A stretch of 62,894 bases of DNA, filler included, from an uncultured Methanosarcinales archaeon (GTDB lineage: Archaea; Nanobdellota; Nanobdellia; Woesearchaeales; GW2011-AR9): the NCBI GenBank assembly GCA_964434885.1. It is 7 parts of 7 records of this genome, joined end to end, with 100 filler letters (N's around TTAATTAATTAA, not from the genome) between each part and the next. Parts side by side here need not be neighbours in the genome. Positions count along the whole stretch, not along the records: positions 10,569 to 20,337 come from CAYSWQ010000035.1; positions 20,438 to 30,029 come from CAYSWQ010000036.1; 5 more parts are not named here. One strand, 5' to 3'. A model generated the notes under the pieces. That model searched no databases. It worked only from the letters and a program-made list of their open reading frames with translations, and was not told the DNA's origin. Every line of letters begins with the position of its first letter. Position 1 is the first letter of the stretch. This document shows, piece after piece, positions 12,568 to 21,928 of the stretch. A program made the position numbers and the translations under genes.

Positions 12568-13047
12568 TTAAAAAACATGCTTTTCATGCACTGTCTGATA
12601 AGTATGTAATTCTTTCTCTTCAAACCACAACTTAACTTCTTCTTTAGCTTCAGCCACATTTCCAGAAGCATGGATTAAATTCTTAATTGCAATCCCTTTG
12701 CCATCAGTATATTCATAAGAATGGTGGGCATAATCTCCTCTAATGGTTCCTGGCAAAGCACTTTTTGGCTCTGTTCCACCAACCATCTTCCGTACTAATT
12801 CCACAGCATGCAATCCTTCTAAAACCATTGCTAACACTGGACCTTCTGTAATCATTTTCTCTAATCCAGGATAAAAAGATTTTTCAACATGGGCTGCATA
12901 ATGCTTCTTCGCAAATTCCTCACGAACCCACACCATTTTCATCCCTACAACTTTCAATCCAGCATCTTCAAATCGGCTTAACACTTTTCCCATTAAACCT
13001 CTCTGTACTGCATCTGGTTTTAATAAAACCAATGATCTTTCCATCAT
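12568..13047 (-). CDS. ndk: nucleoside diphosphate kinase
   Basis: KPDAVQRGL, PGTIRGD, NLIHAS. Confidence 0.96.
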   Translation of the reverse strand: MMERSLVLLKPDAVQRGLMGKVLSRFEDAGLKVVGMKMVWVREEFAKKHYAAHVEKSFYPGLEKMITEGPVLAMVLEGLHAVELVRKMVGGTEPKSALPGTIRGDYAHHSYEYTDGKGIAIKNLIHASGNVAEAKEEVKLWFEEKELHTYQTVHEKHVF

Positions 13048-13241
13048 TTTTTACCACCTTCTTTCTTATGTTCTTTACGGTAGGCTTCTGTCCATTTAAC
13101 CTTAAGAGATTTACGACCTAATTTAAGTAGGTTCTTTTCGCATTTCATTGAACAGAAATTATTGATTTTTCCACTAGCATAAGCATAGATTTTTCCAGTT
13201 CCTTTTTTGATTGATGTTCCACAAAAAGTACATTTAGGCAT
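13044..13241 (-). CDS. rpl24e: 50S ribosomal protein L24e
   Basis: MPKCTFCG..GTG..FCSMKCEKN..R...VKWT; true start at ATG 13241. Confidence 0.93.
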   Translation of the reverse strand: MPKCTFCGTSIKKGTGKIYAYASGKINNFCSMKCEKNLLKLGRKSLKVKWTEAYRKEHKKEGGKK

Positions 13242-13242
13242 T

Positions 13243-13533
13243 TTACTTCCTCCGACCGCCTTTTCGACCGCCACCCAATCTCTGAGCTTCCATTTCTGTT
13301 TCTAGTAACATCAAGATATCTCCTAATTTAACTGGACCACGAACATTTCTTCTAAGAGTCTTGTTCTTATCTCGTCCATCTAAAATCTTACATAATACTT
13401 GAGTGATGTCTCCTTTAGTACCTTGTCTAGTGATTATTTCTTTGACTTCAGCGGGAATACCAGCAGGAAATTTAATTTCACCTTCGGTTTTAGTTTCCTC
13501 GCCTTTTTTTCCTTTTTGAAAATTTTTTGCCAT
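13243..13533 (-). CDS. rps28e: 30S ribosomal protein S28e (N-terminally extended)
   Basis: G.ITQV.CKILDGRDK..RRNVRGPVKLGDILML.ETEMEA. Confidence 0.93.
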   Translation of the reverse strand: MAKNFQKGKKGEETKTEGEIKFPAGIPAEVKEIITRQGTKGDITQVLCKILDGRDKNKTLRRNVRGPVKLGDILMLLETEMEAQRLGGGRKGGRRK

Positions 13534-13540
13534 TTTTTAA

Positions 13541-14011
13541 TCACTCTGATTTTTCAGCCGGAGCTTCTTCTTTAGCAGGAGCTTCTTCTTTCTTCTCCTC
13601 AACTTTTTCTTCTTTAGCTGGTTCTTCTTCCTTTTTTTCTTCTTTTGACGCTTCAGATTCTTTCTTCTCTTCTTTAGGTTCTTTTCCAGCCATTAATTCA
13701 GAAACTACTTTTTCAACACCAGCTTTACCTTCTCCTTCTTTAACAATTGCTACTGCCGCAGTACCAACACCTAAACCTGCAGCTGCTCCTAATGCTTCTT
13801 TTGCCTTAACTTCAAAGCAAGCAACATTCTTATCTTGACATAATAATGGCAAGTGCATTACAATTTCTTTAGGATCAACATCACTAGCATATACAACTAA
13901 TTTAGCTTGACCTTTTTCAATTGCTTTAGTGGCTTCATTAGCCCCTTTTCTAATTTTCCCGGAATCCCGAGCTACTTCAATTAATTCCAATACTTTTGAT
14001 TCATCAACCAT
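13541..14011 (-). CDS. rpl7ae: 50S ribosomal protein L7Ae with acidic C-terminal tail
   Basis: GKIRKGANEATKAIEKG.AKLVV.A.DVDP.EIVMHLP; position in the L7Ae-S28e-L24e-ndk operon. Confidence 0.95.
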   Translation of the reverse strand: MVDESKVLELIEVARDSGKIRKGANEATKAIEKGQAKLVVYASDVDPKEIVMHLPLLCQDKNVACFEVKAKEALGAAAGLGVGTAAVAIVKEGEGKAGVEKVVSELMAGKEPKEEKKESEASKEEKKEEEPAKEEKVEEKKEEAPAKEEAPAEKSE

Positions 14012-14050
14012 TTTATTTTTCCCTCGTATAATTTTAACCTAGAATCTAGA

Positions 14051-14077
14051 ACCTCATCAGTAACCTGATTCATAGGT
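14051..14077 (-). promoter_or_regulatory. kink-turn in rpl7ae 5' UTR (L7Ae autoregulation)
   Basis: Minus strand ACC-UAU-GA-AUCAG-guua-CUGAU-GA-GGU: C-stem, 3-nt bulge, tandem G.A pairs, NC stem; TATA TTTATAAA at 14103-14110. Confidence 0.8.
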
Positions 14078-14141
14078 GTTTAATAGCTTAAAATTGGTTT
14101 GTTTTATAAAGTTATCTTAAAAATAAAAGAAAATAAAAAAA

Positions 14142-15971
14142 TCAATTAAACCAACCACTCACTTTCAGAAAGATCTTAGCTAATCCTAACTTAACTTTAT
14201 TCCCTACCGTTACTGCTTTATATGTAATTTTTCCTTCCTCTAATGCTTTCTCCAAAGTTTTCATCGGTTCTTTAGAATTCTGAATTTCTTGCACAGTTTC
14301 TTCCGTAGTATAAACATTCAAGGTCGGCTTATTCAAAACCTTTTGACTCAACCCTTTTAACTTACCTTTCTCAGTTACTGCCCCAAATGAAATCTTTTTC
14401 TTATTCTTCAAAATAATATACACATTAATTCTTTCATCTCCAAATAAAGCTTGAGCAAAAGTAGGCAATTCCACCATCTTCATTTCACTTAGTTGCATTC
14501 CCAATACTTTCTGAATTACTTGCCAATCAACTTCTCCACTAGTAACTTGAACAGATGGCCATCCTCCTGGGCATTGTTTTACCTTATCAAATTTATTTCC
14601 CATTCCAGTAATCTTAGTAGAAGTTCCACAATCAAAATCCACTCCATTTCCAGAACCAACATTAGAATCAACTTTCAATTTATTGTCTGCTCCTTCTAAA
14701 ACAACACCACCTATTTTATTGCCTTTAACATTATTCTTATACAATGCACCAGTACTAGCATGTACTCCAATTCCAATAGAAAAACCTTCAAACTTACAAT
14801 TCTTCAAAGTAATATCTTTCTTCCAATCTAAATAAACCCCATATGTTTTAACTTTACTTTTTTTAAACAATGAAGAAATTGTTTTACCTTTTACACTATG
14901 CCCATTACAATCAATCTCTACTTTGTCCACATTAGGATTAAAACAAACCCAATTTGGCAAACCATCTTTTCCACCAACCATATCACTAGCAGTTAAATCT
15001 TTAGTCAACTTATACGTTTTACCAAGTTGCCATCCTTCTTTAGGTTCACAAGAAGACAACTGAATGTCTTTCTTGAAAGTATAATGTTCACCAGCAATTG
15101 GCCAATTCCCACAAGATTTTACATTGACAAAAATATTCTCTGTCCCATACCGATTGTTCAATGCCTTCTCCTGACAAAAATAATCTTGGTATTTACTATC
15201 AGCAACAAAATTATTTGTTAAATTAACATAATCTGAATTGTCTACAACTACCCCATAATCAAACCCAGTAATTTTACAATTTTTAACTGTCACATCTGAT
15301 CTATCTTTAATTGATATTCCTCTTAACCCATTTACTTTCTTCAAATTCTTAATCCAATTACCTTGACAATCAATAATTACATGATCTTTATTTGGATTTA
15401 AACAAAATGAATTTATTTCGTCTTTCAAAAATAAGTTACCTTTCAAAGTATAAGTTTTCCCTTCTTCCCACTTATCAAAACCACAATCAATTTTATTCAA
15501 AACTTCGGCCTTAATCATTTTAAAATCAGTTTTACAATCATATATTGGAATCCCTAATGCTCCAGCTTGCACATAAAAACAAGTTCCATCATCTGCTGTC
15601 ATCTTATAGCTTTTCTTTTTCAATGAATTAATATCAATATAACTATTCTTAACATTATCATAATACTTCTCAGATTTTATTGAACATACTTTTTTCCCAC
15701 ATGCCCCAAGAAGATAATACTCTCCCCCTTGTTTAGGAGTTAAATAAAACAAAATATAATTCTGACCAGAATATTCAAACAAAGAATAATACTCTTTATC
15801 TACCCCTACAAAAACAGGATGTTTATCATTATAATTCACAGAACCCATTTTACTTTTATCAATATTCTTTAACAATTTTCCTTCAGCTCCTAAAACACTA
15901 GAAACCAATAATAAAGCCACCAACAATAAAATAATTTTTTTCATAAGTATCACCAACAAAAATCCAAACAC
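14142..15971 (-). CDS. secreted/surface protein with right-handed parallel beta-helix repeats
   Basis: Signal peptide MKKIILLLVALLLVSSVLG; two repeats with IDC.G...GI.....VTVKNCKI.GF..G. Confidence 0.7.
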   Translation of the reverse strand: MFGFLLVILMKKIILLLVALLLVSSVLGAEGKLLKNIDKSKMGSVNYNDKHPVFVGVDKEYYSLFEYSGQNYILFYLTPKQGGEYYLLGACGKKVCSIKSEKYYDNVKNSYIDINSLKKKSYKMTADDGTCFYVQAGALGIPIYDCKTDFKMIKAEVLNKIDCGFDKWEEGKTYTLKGNLFLKDEINSFCLNPNKDHVIIDCQGNWIKNLKKVNGLRGISIKDRSDVTVKNCKITGFDYGVVVDNSDYVNLTNNFVADSKYQDYFCQEKALNNRYGTENIFVNVKSCGNWPIAGEHYTFKKDIQLSSCEPKEGWQLGKTYKLTKDLTASDMVGGKDGLPNWVCFNPNVDKVEIDCNGHSVKGKTISSLFKKSKVKTYGVYLDWKKDITLKNCKFEGFSIGIGVHASTGALYKNNVKGNKIGGVVLEGADNKLKVDSNVGSGNGVDFDCGTSTKITGMGNKFDKVKQCPGGWPSVQVTSGEVDWQVIQKVLGMQLSEMKMVELPTFAQALFGDERINVYIILKNKKKISFGAVTEKGKLKGLSQKVLNKPTLNVYTTEETVQEIQNSKEPMKTLEKALEEGKITYKAVTVGNKVKLGLAKIFLKVSGWFN

Positions 15972-15990
15972 TAATTTTATATAAATGTTT

Positions 15991-16521
15991 TCAAGAAACC
16001 AAAGCTCTTAACTCTTTAATGTTCTTATAAATATTATACTTAATCTCTTTAAATTCTTTTAACTTATTCAGAAATTCCCCACCTAAACTTTTTTCCCTAT
16101 CCAAATCAAAAGCAAGTCCTTTAACTTTACAATACAACTTAACTTCTTCCCTAGTCAATGGTTCTAAAATATTAAAAAACTCATTTTTCCCCAAATTCAT
16201 TTTCCCTGAAAACAATTCAGATAAAAATTTCTCCTCAATTTCATCCATTACAACACCAACTACAATTTTATCATACTTCTCACTCTTAAACTTACCCACT
16301 TTATCCTTAATAGAAATATTCAATGGCAAATCCCCAACTGCCGCTTTCAACAAAACCTCTTCCAACTTACCAACAACCAAAACATAATCTCCTTTCTTAA
16401 ATAACTTACGACCAAGATGTTTCTTAACCCTTTTCTCAACATTCCTAACCAAACATTTAGAACAAATATTTCTATCTAAATGAATTAATTTTCCTTTCCC
16501 TGAACAAATATAACATTTCAT
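15991..16521 (-). CDS. degenerate TtcA/Ncs6-like protein
   Basis: N-terminal CxxC...CxxC, VEKRVKK, PL.REEV..YC; no SGGKDS PP-loop. Confidence 0.5.
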   Translation of the reverse strand: MKCYICSGKGKLIHLDRNICSKCLVRNVEKRVKKHLGRKLFKKGDYVLVVGKLEEVLLKAAVGDLPLNISIKDKVGKFKSEKYDKIVVGVVMDEIEEKFLSELFSGKMNLGKNEFFNILEPLTREEVKLYCKVKGLAFDLDREKSLGGEFLNKLKEFKEIKYNIYKNIKELRALVS

Positions 16522-16658
16522 TTTTAACCTTAAATAAAGCAAATTTTTATATATCTTATCTTATTATTTAATTAGTAACTACTTTAAAATACTAAAACCA
16601 CCGAAACATTTATATATATGTACTACTCTTGAGTAAATTACATCTATCACCTCTTTTT

Positions 16659-16688
16659 CCCCAGCAAGGCTTTCGGGTCTTGCAGGGG
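16659..16688. terminator. GC-rich hairpin with UUCG loop
   Basis: CCCC-A-GCAAGGCT-TTCG-GGTCTTGC-A-GGGG just downstream of the Lon-like gene stop. Confidence 0.6.
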
Positions 16689-16695
16689 TTTATAT

Positions 16696-18495
16696 TCATC
16701 TATTCTTTTTTTGTTTCTTTTTCAATATACCAAGCAATGTTTTCTTCTTAGCTTTACGTTGTTTAACTACTTTTCTCGTGTAATAAATAAACATCATCAA
16801 AAAAACACCCATCAAAAAACCAAAAAATAAAAACACAAAATCACGGTACTTTTGTAACCATTTTGTTCCCAAAATCAACTTAGGCTTATCAAAATAAATA
16901 TCTAGTCCACTCATCTCTAAAGCATATTCTAAATATAACAACCCAGAATGTTTATCCTGCTCTGCTAAAGAATTTGCATATTGATAGTAAGAATACCCCA
17001 ATATCGGAAATACATTTTGATTATCAGCAATCACATTCAAAGTTGCTTTATTTTTACTTTTAAAGAAACTATCTAAATTTTCATTACCTAAACCCATTGC
17101 ATTCAAAATCGCATTTGCTTCTGCTTTTGCTTGCACTGCTTTCATCAAACACAAATCATATTCTTTTAACGCCAAATTCTGTTTGGCTTCATTAATCTTA
17201 TCTTGGATATGTTTTATTCTAAACAAACCAAAAATCAAATCCACATATTGATATCTTTCTTCACTTTCAGAAATTTTCTGTATACAAGAAATCTTTAATT
17301 TTTCTGGATTCAAAACAAACTTTTTCCCAGACATCTGAAAAAAATACATCCAAGAAACTGCTGAAAAAAATCTTTCTTGGGCATAAGCTAAAGAATAATA
17401 CTTATTTTTACTTCGAGCAAATTCCTTCACTTCTTTCTTAACATCATTTAAACGATCTTTAACAATCATTAAAGTTTGTAAATCAGAAATTGTGTCAATT
17501 TTTTCCTTCTTCAATTTTTGCTCCAAAAAAAGAACTTTCCGGTTTAACAATTCAATTTCTCGAATTAAATTACCTGTTCCTTTCTTGCCTTTCTTATAAA
17601 TCAATTCTTGAATTAAAATATTTGCTCCAAAACAATAACTAGCAGAAGAATAATAATCTTTATTCCCAATAGCCAAATCAGAATTATTAATCTTTTCTTG
17701 AATTGAATCATACTCACTACTATTAATTTCAAAACGAGCTAATTTCTTCCTTAATTCTAATGTTCTTTCACATAATAATCCATTTAAATCTTTCATAATT
17801 TTAGAATACTCTTCATTAATCTTAACTTCAGTTACTTCTTTTTTTAATTTTTTTCCGGTCAAACTATAAACTAATTCATTCAAATTTCCTACTTCGTCTA
17901 CCTTAAAACTTAAATTATTCTTACTATAATTCACCAAATCAATAGTCTTATTTCCTTGTTTATGTTGACGGCTTCCAGTTGAAATTAATACTTTAGTTAA
18001 CCCATTCTTAGCAGCAGCTTCAATCTTTTCTTTAGTCCCCCCTACTGGCCCTAAAATCCCCCCAGAATTAATTGTTCCAGTTACAGTAACTTTATCATCA
18101 TATTTCAAATTTAATAAAGCAATTGTTGTTAAAGCAGACATTGCTGCTCCAGCTGAAGGTCCTCCTATAATATTTGAATTCGCTTTAATTGTATAAATAA
18201 AATCATAACTTTGACAATTTAACTTAAAATAATTACAAGCAATATCTTTAGCAAACCTGGTAGAAATTTGAGTATCCATTTTTGTTAGTGGAAACGTTTC
18301 CAAAAATACTCTTCCTGAACCTGGTTTTAATTCTACATACAAATCTGCAATACTCCCACCATAAGTCGCATTGTTTGTTTCTTGCACCGCTAACAATTTC
18401 ATTCCATAAACTTTTCCATTATTTGCACTCAAAACAAAACTAGAACAAACTAAACAAACTATCAACAATAAAACCATTTGCCCCTTTTTCATCAT
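16696..18495 (-). CDS. archaeal membrane-anchored Lon-type (S16) serine protease without ATPase domain
   Basis: Signal peptide; GGPSAGAA (catalytic Ser); TGTINSGG.LGPVGG..EK (catalytic Lys); C-terminal TM. Confidence 0.85.
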   Translation of the reverse strand: MMKKGQMVLLLIVCLVCSSFVLSANNGKVYGMKLLAVQETNNATYGGSIADLYVELKPGSGRVFLETFPLTKMDTQISTRFAKDIACNYFKLNCQSYDFIYTIKANSNIIGGPSAGAAMSALTTIALLNLKYDDKVTVTGTINSGGILGPVGGTKEKIEAAAKNGLTKVLISTGSRQHKQGNKTIDLVNYSKNNLSFKVDEVGNLNELVYSLTGKKLKKEVTEVKINEEYSKIMKDLNGLLCERTLELRKKLARFEINSSEYDSIQEKINNSDLAIGNKDYYSSASYCFGANILIQELIYKKGKKGTGNLIREIELLNRKVLFLEQKLKKEKIDTISDLQTLMIVKDRLNDVKKEVKEFARSKNKYYSLAYAQERFFSAVSWMYFFQMSGKKFVLNPEKLKISCIQKISESEERYQYVDLIFGLFRIKHIQDKINEAKQNLALKEYDLCLMKAVQAKAEANAILNAMGLGNENLDSFFKSKNKATLNVIADNQNVFPILGYSYYQYANSLAEQDKHSGLLYLEYALEMSGLDIYFDKPKLILGTKWLQKYRDFVFLFFGFLMGVFLMMFIYYTRKVVKQRKAKKKTLLGILKKKQKKNR

Positions 18496-18545
18496 ATCCT
18501 AAATAAACAAGATTTATTTAAATCTATCTAAAACAAAAAAACAAA

Positions 18546-19109
18546 CTAAATCATCATCCCGTATTTTTTATTCTTAGCAGTCATTTTAATAAAATAGTTT
18601 AGTCTTTTTTTGAAAATTTCAGGACGATCTCTAGCGTTTTCTATCCATTCAATACGAATACGTTTGTAGGGTTCAGAGAATTCATTAAAATTATTCCAAG
18701 TATTTTTATCTTCTTTCAATAAATTAAGGACATCTTCTTTTACAACACATTTTACATTTTTAGAAGATTTTTCAAAGGCATGTTCAACAGCCTTAAGACC
18801 ATGAAGTGTCATCTTCTTATCTTTAATTAGCTTGTGAATTCTCTCCTTATTAAGTTGTGAAAGATTACTTTTTGGTCTTCTTGGAGTGAATCTCTGAGCA
18901 AAACTTTTTTCATCTATACTTTTAACTGTACTGTCTATCCAACCATAACAAAGCGCTTCTTCCACTGCATCATTGTAAGGGATCCTTTTTATGCCAGATG
19001 ATTTTCTATAATAAATAAGCCAAATTTCTTTTTCTTTATTGTAATTTTTAGCTAGCCATATACGCCATTTTTTCCTATCAGCCACATAGAGTGTTTTTCC
19101 CAAGTCCAT
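18546..19109 (-). CDS. YdeI/OmpD-associated family protein
   Basis: WR.WL, AVEEALCYGWIDS, QRFTPRRPKS..S..NKER. Confidence 0.88.
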   Translation of the reverse strand: MDLGKTLYVADRKKWRIWLAKNYNKEKEIWLIYYRKSSGIKRIPYNDAVEEALCYGWIDSTVKSIDEKSFAQRFTPRRPKSNLSQLNKERIHKLIKDKKMTLHGLKAVEHAFEKSSKNVKCVVKEDVLNLLKEDKNTWNNFNEFSEPYKRIRIEWIENARDRPEIFKKRLNYFIKMTAKNKKYGMMI

Positions 19110-19173
19110 ACATTCTCAATTAATGTTTAAATATATAAAAATATCTTATAACCAACCAATAAAAAAACTAATT

Positions 19174-19629
19174 TTATTCAACAATTCTAATCTTATCAAT
19201 ATCTCTAAACCTAACTTGAATCTTCTGTCCAGTTTTATGTTTCTGTAACATTACTTTATTTCCCAACAATAATTTAACCTGGTATCTTTCTCCCTCAAAT
19301 TCTACTTCATCATGTTTTTTTAATCCAATACTTCGGAACAAAACCGTCAACCGATAAACTTCTTTACCTCCCTTTCTCCCCCATAATGAAGAAGTAACAT
19401 TATAATCTCCACCAAACTTAGTTTGCAATCTTTTTCCTAAAGCACGAGTAAATTGATTATCGGCTAAATAAAAATCAACTCCTCCTTTAACTGTCATTGC
19501 TTTAGCTAATGGAATTTCATGTTTGTCAATCTCAGCTCGAACATATTCAATAATCTCATCCGCACAATCTCTTAACTGCAATACTGCTTCAAAATAACTA
19601 GGGTGTTTGCCTTCTAAAGATCTTACCAT
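19174..19629 (-). CDS. NMD3-related protein (short form)
   Basis: YFEAVLQLR, GGVDFY, L.G...GKEVYRLTVLFR. Confidence 0.75.
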   Translation of the reverse strand: MVRSLEGKHPSYFEAVLQLRDCADEIIEYVRAEIDKHEIPLAKAMTVKGGVDFYLADNQFTRALGKRLQTKFGGDYNVTSSLWGRKGGKEVYRLTVLFRSIGLKKHDEVEFEGERYQVKLLLGNKVMLQKHKTGQKIQVRFRDIDKIRIVE

Positions 19630-19670
19630 AAATTAAGAAATACTTGTTCCTTTTTTAACTTTTTTGTAGA

Positions 19671-20234
19671 TTAAAGTTTTTTACAATCATACATACTTAA
19701 ATCAATTTCCAAACTATGTATTGTGTTCAAAGCAGATTCTAATTTCTGAATTGCCAATAAGACCCTTTCCGGCCCATGTTCAGAATAATTCAAACCATCT
19801 CCTGACCACCCAGTTAAATTATCTGGACAAGTCAAATAAAAACCCCTAACTCCTCGTTTTCCAAAAGTTAAAGTACTTTGTTCATCTACCCCTTGATATT
19901 GTCCACCAAACCCAATTGATTCTAATACTCCGAATAACAATGGTCTTCTAGATTCAGATTTAATAAATGGATGAACTGAACTACCAATCACTTTCTCTTC
20001 ATCAAGAGTAGAAGATCTATCTTTACCCATTATAGGAATATCTACTTCAATATACAAGTTATCATCCAAACCATAATTATACTTAAGATACACTGAAGAA
20101 GGCTCCAATTCAACTTGCTCTCTCCTATTAAATTCATTCTGAACACAAGTATATCCTTTTCCTTTTAATCCTAAATGTACTTGTTTCCATTTCTCATCCG
20201 CTTCTTTCAATTCCAATACACTTTTCACTTCCAT
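19671..20234 (-). CDS. hypothetical protein
   Basis: ORF; likely start ATG 20234 downstream of a minus-strand TATA. Confidence 0.5.
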   Translation of the reverse strand: MEVKSVLELKEADEKWKQVHLGLKGKGYTCVQNEFNRREQVELEPSSVYLKYNYGLDDNLYIEVDIPIMGKDRSSTLDEEKVIGSSVHPFIKSESRRPLLFGVLESIGFGGQYQGVDEQSTLTFGKRGVRGFYLTCPDNLTGWSGDGLNYSEHGPERVLLAIQKLESALNTIHSLEIDLSMYDCKKL

Positions 20235-20284
20235 ATCTTTTTTACTCAATTCAAATATATAAGTATTATGACTCAATAATCAAC

Positions 20285-20337
20285 TTGTAGTATCACGTTT
20301 TAAGGGCACAGTATAATACATCTTGGTGATGTATTAT
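20285..20337 (+). ncRNA. candidate TATA-driven structured RNA, family C (second copy at 1-57, minus strand)
   Basis: TTGTAGTATCACGTTTTAAG...AGT-ATAATACATC-TTGGT-GATGTATTAT; cut by contig end. Confidence 0.5.
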
Positions 20338-20437
20338 NNNNNNNNNNNNNNNNNNNNNNNNNNNNNNNNNNNNNNNNNNNNTTAATTAATTAANNNNNNN
20401 NNNNNNNNNNNNNNNNNNNNNNNNNNNNNNNNNNNNN

Positions 20438-20807
20438 GTTTGAGATTGGTTTAACTTTAGGAACTGAAGCTTTTGTACCGGTAGCAACAGATTTTTTAGG
20501 TTATGATGCTTTAGGAAAAATGAAAGAAATTGTTGCCAAAATAAATGAACACTATAATCACAATATTAAAATAAGCAAAATTATTCCAACATTATTTGAT
20601 AGAAGAAATAAAATTTGTAAAAATATGTTAGCTAAAATGCAACAAGATTTTCCTGCTTTGATGGCCTATCCAATCAGGTATAATTCCAAGTTAAAAGAAG
20701 CACCAATGATTGGGAAATCAATTTTTTCTTATGCGAAATCGAGTGCAGGAGCAGAAGATTATAATCGTTTGGTTGACGATGTGATTGAGATGGAATGGGC
20801 TGTTTAA
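20438..20807 (+). CDS. ParA/Soj family ATPase, C-terminal part
   Basis: IIPTLFDRRNK, IRYNSKLKEAP..GKSIF.Y...S.GAEDY. Confidence 0.85.
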
Positions 20808-21928
20808 CCAAACACCTTTTCAAAAAAACTTTTGCTTGGTTTTTCTTCTTTTAATTGTTTAATTAATTCTTTTTGTTTTTTCGATAATTTTTTAGGTACT
20901 TGAATAGTAACTCTTACCATTTGATCTCCAGCCCCGGGGTGATTTAAGAAAGGAATCCCTTTGTCTCTCATTCTAAAAATTGTTTCTGATTGTGTAGCAG
21001 GAGGTATTTTTAATTTAGCCTTGCCATCTAATGTGGGGACTTTTATTTCATCACCAAGACAAGCTTGAGTGAAAGAGATAGGAATAGTTAAATGAATATT
21101 ATTGTCTACTCTTTTGAAAACTTCATGTTGTTTAATATAAAGAAAAATGTATAAATCACCACTGGGTCCTCCTCTATCTCCGGGTTCGCCTTCTCCAGCA
21201 ATTCTTAATCTATTATTATTTTCTACTCCTGCAGGAATAGTAACTTCGATTTTTTTCTTTTTTCTGACTACTCCTTCTCCATGGCATCCAGAACAAGTTT
21301 GGTTAGGTACTTCCCCTTCTCCCTTACAATAATGACAAGGGGCAGTCTGTTGAAAATAACCAAAAGGAGTTCGCTGAGTTTTTTTAAGGTAACCTGAACC
21401 ACTACAATGAGTACATCTCTGAAAGTTCTTTCCACCTTTACCTTTACAATCAGGACAATGTTCTAATTTGTTTAAATCAATATTTTTTTTAGCTCCGTGA
21501 AAAGCATCTTCTAAAGTGATTTCTAAATCATATTGTAAATCATGACCTCTTCTTCTGGATCTTCCTCCTCCCCCTCCAAAAAGTTGGTCGAAGATATCTC
21601 CAAAACCAGAACTAGAACCGCCAAAACTGCCAGATCTAAACTTAGACATAATATCTGAAAAATCAAAACCTTGGAATCCTTCAAAACCAGAAGCTTGTTT
21701 AAATGCATCAGGATCTCCATACTGGTCGTACTGACTTCGTTTTTGTTCATCCCCCAGAACAGCAGCAGCTTCGTTAATTTCTTTAAATTTTTCTTCGTAT
21801 TCTGTTTTTTTATCTTCAGGAGCTCTATCTGGATGATACTTCATTGCTAACTTTTTGTAAGCTTTCTTAACTTGTTCTTTAGTAGCGTTTTTATCTACTT
21901 TTAGGGTTTTATAATAGTCTTTTGCCAT
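20804..21928 (-). CDS. dnaJ: molecular chaperone DnaJ
   Basis: J domain with HPD, G/F-rich region, four CxxCxGxG repeats. Confidence 0.97.
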   Translation of the reverse strand: MAKDYYKTLKVDKNATKEQVKKAYKKLAMKYHPDRAPEDKKTEYEEKFKEINEAAAVLGDEQKRSQYDQYGDPDAFKQASGFEGFQGFDFSDIMSKFRSGSFGGSSSGFGDIFDQLFGGGGGRSRRRGHDLQYDLEITLEDAFHGAKKNIDLNKLEHCPDCKGKGGKNFQRCTHCSGSGYLKKTQRTPFGYFQQTAPCHYCKGEGEVPNQTCSGCHGEGVVRKKKKIEVTIPAGVENNNRLRIAGEGEPGDRGGPSGDLYIFLYIKQHEVFKRVDNNIHLTIPISFTQACLGDEIKVPTLDGKAKLKIPPATQSETIFRMRDKGIPFLNHPGAGDQMVRVTIQVPKKLSKKQKELIKQLKEEKPSKSFFEKVFG

